Source: Epiperipatus broadwayi (taxonomy: Eukaryota; Animalia; Onychophora). Taken from it: 64,000 bases of DNA. The translations under genes were made by a program, and so were the position numbers. The stretch spans positions 21,824,001 through 21,888,000 of the forward strand of contig JAQFVV010000005.1 of NCBI GenBank assembly GCA_028023455.1, in the 5' to 3' direction. The notes under the pieces are model-generated. The model did no database searches, had not been told where the DNA came from, and was given only the letters and a program-made list of their open reading frames with translations. Positions 40,917 through 52,736 of the stretch are shown piece after piece; positions within the stretch are counted from its first letter, which is position 1, and each line of letters begins with the position of its first letter.

Positions 40917-41662
40917 CCCTTTTCCCGCCTCCTACGAAGCTCCTCGTCGACATCTGACGTCACTCTAACTCTGCCAGTTCTTATGCTAAAAAATTCGTTT
41001 GATAGGTTTTGAATAGGTTTTTAAAAGTTCTGTAAGATAGTGCCCTCTTCCGAATTATTTTACAAGTAAAAAATAAAAAAAAACGCATTTAAACCTAAAC
41101 AAAGAAAGAACATTACTTGTGATTGGTTCTTAGCATGCTCTCAGCCAAAAAAGACATTCTGATTGGCTGGAAAGAACAAAGAAACCGCCTGATCAAAGAA
41201 AATAAAGAAAAACGCTGAGATTTTCAATTCGAATGCAATTTTAAGTATTAAAAAAATATAATTTCAGAAATTAAACTAGTTTTTTAAAAAATATACTAAA
41301 AAAACAAAATTATTTTCGAAAAATATTGAAGATTTTAGTAAAAATATTAAAGAAATATTTAAAAGAAATATTTACTTTTCTATAACGTAAAAGTCGACCT
41401 TTTTGTTTATATTATAGCTTTTATGTTGCCGAAATTGAATATTTTAGAATAAATAAATAGCAATTTATTTTTGAAAGAACTTTCGTTCTCTTCATAACCT
41501 GAAAAATTAGTAATATACTTTTTATAAACATATCTGAGTTGAATTTAATATTATAGGCGAATATGTTTTAACAATAGGCTTTGTCTTCAGTTTGTGAGTT
41601 GGCCAATTAAAAGATTTGATTTTTACCTCATACAACCAATAATATAATTAGCGGTTAAAAGG
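40917..41662. mobile_element. piggyBac-derived MITE
   Basis: TTAA TSDs (40913-16, 41663-66); termini CCCTTTTCCCGC / rc CCTTTTAACCGC. Confidence 0.75.
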
Positions 41663-41666
41663 TTAA

Positions 41667-43300
41667 TTAAGAGGATAAAGCCTAGTTTAAGTAGGGATGG
41701 GGGACTAAGAACCTTGTGTTGGTAGATTTAGAATTGGTTTTATAGGATTATTAGTAATAAAAAATAAGTGGGTATCTATATGTAGTTATGTATGTATATA
41801 TATGTGTGTGTGTGTAGGGGAATATATTGAATATGAAAATAAAAATAAGTTTTGAAAATAATATTGGTTTTATAGAAGAGGATGGATAAATATATTATTA
41901 AAGAGAAAAATATAAATTAGTGATAAAAAGTTGTTAAAAAAATTTTAAAAATTAAAATTATAGATATTGAAATTAAAAGAGATATTATATATTAGGTAAT
42001 AATAAAACAAAATAGATAGTAAGAAACGATTAAAGGAAGATTATAAAATAATATTAATAAAAAATAATAAAAGGGTAATGCTTAAAAGAATTTTTTTAAA
42101 AACTTAAAGCAAAAATAAAAAAATTTTAAAAGGTAATATTAAAAAATGGTGTATTGGATGTAATTTGTATATTTATATATATATATATGTAATTTATAAG
42201 TAAGTTGAGTATATATATGGATGTGTATTTATAAATGTATATGTGGATTTGTATATATGTGTGTGTGTGTGTCTATGGTTGTATGTATATCTGTGTATAT
42301 ATATTTTATGTTTAAAGGATAAAGATGTATATATAGATGTAGGTATAGGATTTATATATATATATGTCTAGGGGTGATGTGGATCTATATATCTATATAT
42401 GTAAGTAAGGGATATGTGTGTATATTTTGATATACATATGTGTTTATACATATATGTGAAATGATGATTACGTATTTATATTATTCGAGTATAAGATTAG
42501 ATATGTAAATATTGTTAATAAATATAAAACTTTGTAAATTTTTAAAATAGAATAAGTTTTATAAAATTGATAATAGAGGGAGTTGTTTTAAAGAAATAAA
42601 ATGATAGAATAATTAAAGCAGATGATGGATAAAGGTAGTAGTGTTAAAGAAAAATAAATTAGTGATATAAAAATAAAAGTTTTTAAAAAATTAAAATGAT
42701 AGATATTAAAGTAAAAGCGGAGATATTAATTAAACAAGATAGTAAGAAATGATGAAAAGAAAATTATAAAATAATATTAATATAAAAAGTAATATTTAAA
42801 AGGATTTTTAAAAAAAATTTAGAAAAGTAAAAATAAGATAGTTTTAAAAGGTAATTTTAAAAAATGGTGAATTGGATATATTTTGTATATTTTTTATATA
42901 TGTGTAATTTATATGTAAGTTGAGTATGTATATGGATGTGTATTTATAGATGTATATGTGGATTTGTATATATATATGTCTATGGATGGATGTGTATCTG
43001 TGTATATATATGTATGTTTAAAAGATGTATGTGTATATATTTGGATATGTATATATAGATGTAGGTATGGAATTTTTATATATATATCTAGGGGTGATGT
43101 GGATCTATATATATGTGTATATTTTGATATATATGTGTATTTTTATATATATGTGAAATGATGGTTATGTATTTATATTATTCAAATATTGTAGCTCTGA
43201 TGAAGACTGCTAGACAGTTGAAATTGTAAGGAAAATAAAGTTTTTTAAGAAAATTTGTTTGTATTGAAGTGTATATGAAAGAAGTATTATAAGCAATATA
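41667..43300 (+). mobile_element. Penelope-like 3' region with ~720-bp tandem duplication and terminal HHR-like motif
   Basis: IKPSLSRDGG...W resembles the PLE GIY-YIG C-terminus; duplicated block (ggggtgatgtggatcta at 42371 and 43091); CTGATGA-A-GACTG/CAGTT-GAAA at 43197-43223 followed by AATAAA. Confidence 0.55.
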
Positions 43301-46300
43301 ATATATATATACTGATTTTATACTTGTAGTCATGGTAATAGCAAATTTATTGAAATATGTGTTTAGCATATATACATCCACCCGCAATAAAATGTACACA
43401 TTAAAACATCAACAAAAATAATTAATAAAAAAGATTTATAATGTAGTTATGAAAAAAATATGGTAATAAATCAAAAAAGGAACAAGTTAATCACATGTCT
43501 GACTTGTGTAGATGAGGAAGTGGTTGGCTGAGAGATGATTTTGTGGCAGCTCTTATAAGGCAAGGCTTGCATTGAACTTTATTAATTTAAATTTATGAAT
43601 TTCTAATTGTTTTATTTAAACTTTTTAAACAGTGGGCCACTGAGACTATGGATACTAAAATCCATATATGAAGCTCAGGAATGATTGTACTTGAGTTGAT
43701 ATTTATATTTTTTTCTTCCTCTACTGTTTATATTATAGCATTCTGCTTGGGGTTGTTCTTTTTTAATATAAACTTTTTAAGTATCTCATTATTAACAATT
43801 CTTATATTTTTTTTCAATGTATTTGAAATCAGATACTATATTTTAAAGTGCATTTATATTTAGATACTATCCAATGCACAATGCTGACTGGAGAAAATCT
43901 ACAAAGATCTATCCTACCAACTTATCAATAAAACAATCAAATTACAGTGTTACATTTATAATTGCTTAGAAATGACCGGAAAAAGATGGCTTCATTTTAA
44001 ATTAGCTTGTCATAGATATATAAAATTCACATATATCTGTGATAATTTAAATCTACAATGCTTTTATATATCTATGGCAAACTAGTTTAAGTGAACCCAT
44101 CTTTTTCTAATCATTGCTAACAATTATAATTTGCTTATTGCTGAATGTTTCTTATATATATATATATAAGTAGAGAGATTTGAATTTGGGATTTTTCAGT
44201 CTATATTCAAATGTAGACTGAAAAATATATTGTAACGGTATATATATATATATGCCGTTACATCACTTTCAAGTAAGTGGGAACGATCAAAAAATAAAAT
44301 CACCCTCAAATAGAAATATGTATAAAAAAATCAATAAAAATTTTATTTAAAGATAAAAATCTAAAAATAAGATTGATTTTAATATAAAAGAATCAAAAAA
44401 AAAAGCTGTTAATTAATTATTTTTAATTTTAAAATGGAAATGATTATCTATAATGATGTAATAGCAAACAAGCCTTTGGGCATTTAATTGATTGTAAGTC
44501 AGATAAGAGATCAATTAAAAAATACTAGTGATAAAAATTTGAGTTCCTGCTTTAAAGAAATCTGGCCAATAATGATGGAAATGAACACACATCCACAGAG
44601 AAAAATCGTCGTCAATAAGAATAGCACTAAGTCAGGCAAGATCAATCCTGGAATTTCAAAATGATATAAAAGAGAAGAAAATAAAACTTTTGCTAAGTGG
44701 AGTTTTACATTTGGCTTGCTCTTGCTGATTGTGTGTTATTTAAACATATTTTATATATGTATTGCGGATCTCCACAACGTAGGGGTCACACAATGAATTA
44801 ACTTTCCCCTATTTGCACCAGCTGAGGCAGTCTCCGGAGTGATAGTTCCCGGATAGTGGCAAACAACGGACTTGTCTTCCTAAGAACAATATTAATATGA
44901 GATGGAAGGAACTGCGAACCTAGTTGTGTGACATATTAAGGACCTCAAAGACAGACTTCAATAAACCTACATCATTGGAAAGTATGAACTTTTGTTTTAA
45001 ATGAAATATGCACTTTAATTATGTAATGCCAACTTTTTCAAGTAGTAATTTTAAACATCACTTAACTTTTAAAAGAAATCTCTTATCTGACTAAGTAAAA
45101 ATTTAAACTATTTGTTATATTTTTTTTATGTTTGCTAATATCATTTCCATTCTTATAAATTTCTTTTAAACTAATAATTTAAAATAGGTGTAAATGGCTG
45201 CATAAATTTATAAGATTATTTTGGGCTAATTGTTTTGTAGTTGAATCGGTGCTGGTGAATAGATGTATGGATGTTTTATGTCAGTGTAATCTGAGTTGGC
45301 CTATTGGATACTCATTCCCTTGAGTCGTGTTAGTGTACAGGACATAACACCCACCCACCTGAATGCATGGCCAAAAGGTAGCCATCCCATTGTCAATGGT
45401 CATAGACGTATTTCCTATGCCATTGATTTTCTTGCGCTCATTGGGACAGTAAGCCGGCAAAGACTGCTATCCACATTTACGGAGCATCTCATATATATAT
45501 ATTTCAAATGATTTTGTTTTTGTATCACAATTGGGCAATGATTGTTCCTGTCTGTTGGTGAAATTTATTAATGATCATGGTGAAGATGCGTATTCCTTCC
45601 CACCATGATTCATTATTTCTTTAATGATATCATGCTACAGATGTAAATTTTTGTCAGCATGATTGTGTTATGCTAACAATCTCATTTTGCATTGGTCACA
45701 TCGGTATACCAGTAAGTTAGCATTGGTTTAAATGCGAAATTTTAGCCTATGTTTAAAAGGGATTTGGTTAGTTATATGCGTGCGTATTTTATGTAGTGTA
45801 TTTATCCTTAGCAAAACATTAAAATTGTATTAAGTCTTTTGAGTGTACCCGTCTGTACATATAATTTAAATCAAATATATTTAATAGTTAATTTAATATT
45901 ATGGTGTTTGTATTAATGTGTGTGCAATAATAAAATGTTTTGTTTAATTAAATTTTGGCGGTAACTTATTTTATATATTTTATTAATAATATTTTAAAAT
46001 TAAGAATTAAAAATTTTAAATATAGTGATATTTTAAGCTCAGCTTCTTCATGAGCTAGTGACTGGGGCTTTCAGTTAGATAAAGTTGAAGCTCATCTGTA
46101 TGAATCTGCCACCTTTATAAATTTTCTAGATTCGAATAGCCTAGTGACGCCCTGGCATAGTAGATAGGGTTAGGAGGTTCCGTTGACCGTTATAATATAA
46201 ACAGTAGAAATGCTGTATTTGAATTGGATTGTTTTATCGATATGTGAGATATTTCTTTATATATATATATATAGAGAGAGAGATGTTAATCCTAATCAAT

Positions 46301-47342
46301 ATTTAAACTATCTAGCATGCCATCTATTATCAAGGCCTGTGTTCACATACAAAATGAAATCCCTATTCTGAACATAATTTGGCCTTAGTAACAATTGGCA
46401 TGCTGGATAAGTATTGGCTGGTAAGTAATATATTTATATAATTTCTAGTTTAGCAATGATATGTTTGTTTTAACATATATAAATATAATTGAATTAGCAT
46501 TCATTCTATATTTAAAGTACTTCCAAAAAACTAATTAGTAGTACAGAAAATGTATTGTGGAATGAATACTGATTTTTTTTATATTACATGAAATTTTTAT
46601 CTGAAAGTAATCAATAGATAAATTTTTTATGATCTATCATTTTCATTACTGCTTTTTATTTATTGCATGTGTTTATGTTTGAAATCATTGGACATTTTAT
46701 TTAAATTGAGTTCAGTTTTTATATAGAAGAAAATTTACTAAAAAATCACACATGAAAATAAAACCAGCTTCAGTCTGGATTTGAGGGGCTTTGTGCTGAA
46801 CTTATAAGTAGAACACAGTTTTTTACTCGTATGTTGAAATAAAGTAATTTTACTGATTTTTTTTCGTCTTGTCGTTGTTTTTGACAGGTTACTGCTGGTT
46901 TATAACAAGGAAGATATAGCTATTTCAATTTTATTGATGATTTAGCTCTTTTATTTATAAATTTTATTTTCTTCAGAACCAATTGTTATGAAATAGCAAC
47001 CTTATAACTATGCACATATTCATATACACATATCTTTTAATGATTTCAGAAATTTGCAGTAGATTATCAAAACTTATAATTGAAGATTAATTTAATTTTG
47101 TTACTTTTACTGACACATACAATTTAGGAAATGTTTTTGATATGTAGAATAACTTTTTGATGCAATAATTACATAATATTGAGTTCGTGATAGTAAATTA
47201 TGTACATTGTGGTTATTAATTTTTTTGTTTGCTTTTTAACCTCTAAAATTATGCAACAAGTTTAAAAAATATGAAGATAATTTATTTGAATTTTATGTAC
47301 ATGTGATTGTTATAATCAGTTAATTTTTTTTTATTTTTGCAG

Positions 47343-47516
47343 GTTCGATATCCTGATCGGATTACATTAATCCGCGGTAATCACGAAAGTCGCCAAATCA
47401 CTCAGGTTTATGGTTTTTATGATGAGTGCTTGCGAAAGTATGGTTCTATTACAGTTTGGCGCTACTGTACAGAAATCTTTGATTATCTGAGTCTATCTGC
47501 TGTTATAGATGGGAAA
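47343..47516 (+). CDS. PPP4C: PP4 catalytic subunit, coding exon (VRYPDR...VIDGK)
   Basis: tgcag acceptor, gtgagt donor; 58 codons with the RGNHE motif; follows a 24.4-kb phase-0 intron. Confidence 0.97.
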
Positions 47517-49149
47517 GTGAGTAATTTATTATTAAAAAAATATAATGACATGTAATTCAATTAATATTTGATAGGTATATAGATAAAAGATGTATTATTA
47601 TACATATAATATTTATAAGAATATTTGGGAATTATTTATTGGATCATGAAATTTATAATCTTGAATGGATATGACTGTTAGGAAAGCATTATACTGAATT
47701 GTTATATACTTTTAAGCCAAGGAATTTTACTGATCATATTTGTTAAAATTCTCATTGAAATTGAATACCATATAATGCAATTGTTATGTCATGAAGATAT
47801 TATAATTCAATTTGTCATTTTATTATGAATTATTAATTTTGGTATTTAAATGTTTTTTGACTGACTTGAATGGGCATTGATTGAATACTACATTAACTCA
47901 GTCCATATTTCCTTCCCTTTCTGAGTAATAACACTAGTCTTAACTTTTGGTTATGAATGATAGTTTTATTGAGTTGAGGTTATAAACTGAGAATATTGGA
48001 TAATATTGTTTCATGTCTGCTCATAATGACATAGGTTGGAAATTGAGCTCGAAGGCAAATCTCAAAAAGTCCTCCAATTTCAAAATGCTAAATTTTGTTC
48101 TCATTAACATATTTAATTATTTTAGACTATTCTCTTTATGTTTGCTTTGAAAGATCTTTAAGCTCTGCTTTGTCTTATTGAATTTTTTATTATTTTTGAT
48201 TTATTAAAAGATCTTTCAAAGCTATTAAATATGTACTTTCCAAACAACCTTAGTTAGTAATTAATAATTCCGAAGATTGCTTAATTGCTTCTTTTTTTTC
48301 TATGAGATCTTTTTTCAACTAATGAAATTAAGTTGTTCATAGAAAGATTCAAACTGTATCTTGATTGACACATTAATAATTTGAAAATAGATAGAGATTA
48401 AGGGACTCTCATTCAAGAGGACCCCCACAGGCATTGCCTTCCTTCTCTTGCAATTTAATTTCTGCACTATTGTCTGCTACAAATTATTGAACTAAGTAAT
48501 ACATTGAATTTCAGACCATTCTGTATGCATATATATATATATATCAGCAATAATATATGAGCAATAACTCCTGAGAAATATTCTGAACATACTTAACTCT
48601 AGATATAAAATGTATAAATAAACTATTTAAAAAATGGCAAACTGTCTGCAATTTTTTGGAGAGATAGATGTTTGTACATATGTGGCCTTGGGTTAATTAT
48701 TTTTCTGAAACTACTAGAACAAAATTAAAAATCTTGAAATAATGATTATTTTAGAAACAGAATTAATAAAGAAAATTTATTGCAAATTAAACAATGCATA
48801 TAAAATGTTATCTCTGTATGTAACATTTAGATGGTTTTTGTCTTTTGTCTCATGCAAGTTGTGTGTTACTAACAGGATATGGACAAACACATTACTAGAA
48901 GTTAGAATATTTGGTATTCTTGATGGCTTAGTTGTGTGGTTGCTATGGAAGATTCCACATATCTATGTTGAGAAAGTGGCATATGATTAAAAGTCTGTGA
49001 ATTCTGTGCATTATCATGTGAAAAGGTTTATGGGTGTGGGTGGGTGCTACATCAACATATTGGTATGATTGATATCCTAGCTGATGGGAAGGCTATCTTC
49101 TCATGGAAAGGTATCCTAATCAATTTGTCATTATAAAGAGCATTGAAGA

Positions 49150-49400
49150 GATACAAATCAGTATCTTAAAGAAAACTCTGTTTACCAGATCTGTGCTGTA
49201 TTTATTCCACTTCATCATGAGATTTGGCTAATCTGAGGATATAGTTCAATGGCTGTTGGTGTTGTTGATAAAACAGTGTCTGGAATACCATATTGATTAA
49301 TGACTTCATGTCGAAAAGCTTTTTGTTGGAAACATTTTGACTGATTTTTTACGATTATGGGCAGTATACCTAAAATACTTCATCAAATTTTGTAAGTATA
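49150..49400 (-). pseudogene. Possible retroviral-type integrase core remnant
   Basis: Minus frame FRHEVINQYGIPDTVLS resembles the integrase i.r.GiP..i.SD motif; short and broken. Confidence 0.35.
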
Positions 49401-49627
49401 AACTGACATATGGTTGATTTATTTCCAGATTTTACTACAATAGAAATCATGATAAAAATTTAAGTAGGACGTAGTTGCATCAAAATTTAGGTAGAAATGT
49501 AAAAATTTAAGCAATAATGGAGATGTCACTGCACTGCATATTCAATATTTTGTAGTTTAAAAGTTTCTTGGAATAGAAAGTAACAATCGGTATCATGCTT
49601 TCAACTTTACCAGATGTATTTAATGAA

Positions 49628-50375
49628 TATTTCTGTAGAGTTATTTTCACTACATTACTCTCATGCAGGATAGGGACTGGTTTCTAACCGCTTTTAACAC
49701 CTTATGGAGGGATGTAATCATAAACATATGATCGAATATATATAAAAAAGATGTTTGATCCTCAAGATGCACATTTCATGTTGAACACTCATCAGTTGGC
49801 CCGGATCACATTTTCTTACACATGTCTATATCATTGTTCCCTATATATAGATGGGAATTATTACAATTTAATTGATAACTTACTGCCCTCACAATGTTGA
49901 CACAGACCACTTGATGGATAATTTTTATTAGTCGTTCATTAGACTAGGGATTATCCATTTAATTAATAATATTTCTGTAATGTTCTTTTCACTACACCAC
50001 TTACGCAAGGTAGGGACTGGTTTCTATCTATTTTTAACACTTTTATGGAGGGATGTAATCATAAACATATGACCAAAAACATGTGAAAAAATGCATGATC
50101 TCCAAGTTGAACATTTCATGCTAAACCAATACTCATCAGTTGGTCCGGATCACATTCTCTTACATATATCTATTATTGTTTACTGTGTATAGATGGAGAA
50201 TTATTACAGTTTAATTGATGTATCTAATGAATGATTAATAATATAGTTCCATCAAGTGGTTTGTGCCAAAGTTGTGAGGGCAATAGTTTAAACTGTAGTC
50301 ATTTCTCATCTATATATAGTGAACAATGATAAAGGTATGTGTAAGAGAATGTGATCTGGGTCAACTTCATCAGAT
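49628..50375 (-). mobile_element. Family A-related tandem dimer (342-bp period) with two HHR motifs and a short inverted arm
   Basis: Units start at 49628 and 49970; HHRs at 49756-49808 (core intact, AUC) and 50096-50152 (U16.1 mutated); ~50245-50367 is an inverted copy of ~49797-49920. Confidence 0.8.
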
Positions 50376-51344
50376 GTATCTTTCATATCATTGTTGCGTC
50401 TCGCCCTGCGGTATTAATAAATAATGTAATCCATTTTAAAATGCACATTGCTGGTAAATCAGTCACCATTAATTGAAAGAAATCTTACAATATAATTGAT
50501 ATCATGTGTATATATGTTGGACAATGCCTATTCTAATGACACAGATGAATCAAAAAATTCATGCATATAAGTAAATTTCTTTTATGTAGCATAGCAAGCC
50601 ATCTATTTCAATGCCATTATGAAAAAATGTAATTACAAAAATTTAAATTTCTTAATTAAATTTAATTAAGATTGATATTGTCGATCAAATCATATATCAC
50701 TTCTATAATCATTTTATGTAAGATGCCCAGGTTATATTTTCTTTGACTACCATACATCAAATCACTCTCAGAGGGTTATACTCACCTCTCATCCAAAAAC
50801 ATTTTGTTTATATAGGGCTTGATATATATCATCCCTTAATTTTCGAGTGTCATTTAATTTTGAAAGAATATATTGGATGCATTATTCTGGAAATATTGTC
50901 CCATACCATTAATATTGCAGCATTTCCTCTTTCTGACATACATATATTGTAATCGAATCGTATGCTGCTTATTCACTAGTTATTAAGAATATTATTCTAG
51001 GGGAATGATTATTTGCTTATCAATGATTAGTAGGTAACCGGGTATATGATAGAGTGACTATAATCTAAAATTTAATTCTATTTAACTAAACCCATAGATG
51101 ATGACCAGACAAAAGCCGATGTCAAGCATAGGTTTTTGTGCAAACCCAATCATCTTTACTGATTATCATCCACTCCACATTTACATTATTATTCTAATCC
51201 AGCTATTAAAATAAGATATTTGTCTGTCAGATGAGAAGTTGATGAGAAACAATGCTTAAATAATAATTTATTTATAAAAACAAAATATATATATATGTAA
51301 ACAATTTAACTTATTTTATATTTACGTACGTCCTACATCTATTA

Positions 51345-52736
51345 TATCTTCTGAATTGCCCAGAATTTTAAATGAAGTGACCTGCAATTAAATCTATGAA
51401 GAAAAGAAAGGCTCCAGATAATGATGGAATTATAATCGATATATTAAAAGAAGCAGGTGAAGAAATAGAAAAAATCTTGGCAGTTTTATACCAAATGTCT
51501 AAATGATAAAGAAGATATTAGAATTACAGACCTATCAGCCTTTTGTCAGTTTTATATAAAAAATTTTACCGAGATAATTACAACTCGTCTACAGAGACAA
51601 TCAGCTTTCAACCAACCAAGAGAACAAACTGGATTTAGAAGTGATTTTAGTACAGTAGATTATATCCAAGTATTATAGAAAGAACCAATGAATATGAGTT
51701 GTCATTATGCTTTGGGTTTGTAGATTATGAAAAGGCATTTGATTCTGTAAGCATTTTTTTAATGATTAAAGCATTGGATCATCAAGGTATAGACCCAAAA
51801 TATTATCATATTTTGAAGAATATTTATATACAACAGTACCAGTTAGATTACATAATGATACTAGGAAGGTTAACATTGAGAAAGGTGTAAGACCGTATGA
51901 ACTCCATGTCTTTACAGCAGTACTACAAGAAGTATTTGGTGTATTAAAATGGGAAACTAAAGGAGTAAAAGTAAATGGACATTATTTAAGTCATTTGAAT
52001 TTTGCAGATGATGTAGTTTTTTTGCAAACAATGCTTTAGAGCTTCAGGAAATGTTGCAGAACTTATCAGATGAAAGTAAGAAAGTAATGTTCAATGAATT
52101 TTCTCAAAAGATGAAAATATGTGATTGATTATGATGAGTTAGAAGAAGTTAACAACTACAAAACCTTGATCAGATTATTATTACAGATGGGAACATAATG
52201 TTTGAAATTAATCATAGAATTAAACTTGGTTGGAATACTTTTGGTAGAAATAACTTAATGCTAAAAGGAAAAATATACCTACGTGTTTGAAAAAGGTTTT
52301 TAATAAATGTGTTTTACCAGTTCTTATTTTGAATCTCAGACTTGGACTGTTAATAGAAGAGTAATACAGAGTCTTCAAATCACTCAAAGAAATATGTAGA
52401 GATGTATGTTAGGAGTAACAAGAAAAGATCGAAAATGCAATGTATGGGTAAGAGAACAAACAGGTGTTACTGACATTGTTGAAAGAATTAAAAGACTGAA
52501 ATAGAGTTGGGCTGGCCATTCCTAGAAGAAAATGACAATAGATGGACAATTGAAATTTTAAACTGGATTCCAAGAGATTGTAAAAGACCCAGAAATAGAC
52601 CAAGTGTGAGATGGATAAATGAAATAAGAAAGTGTCCAGGGGTGATGTGGAGAAAAGAGGCTAGAGATTGAAGAAGATGGATTGAACTTGGAGAGACCTT
52701 CGTCCTGCAATGGATTGATAATGGTTGACAATGATG
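51345..52736 (+). mobile_element. 5'-truncated RTE LINE with RT domain, degenerate
   Basis: KAPDNDGI, YRPISLLSVLYK, GFRSDFST, FVDYEKAFDSV, FADDVV and the C-terminal W...RPS.RW motif; many frameshifts. Confidence 0.92.

Noticed and set aside
45665-46203. Possible solo LTR (also 54490-55850)
   Set aside because: LTR-like composition, but no convincing TSD or second copy in the window.
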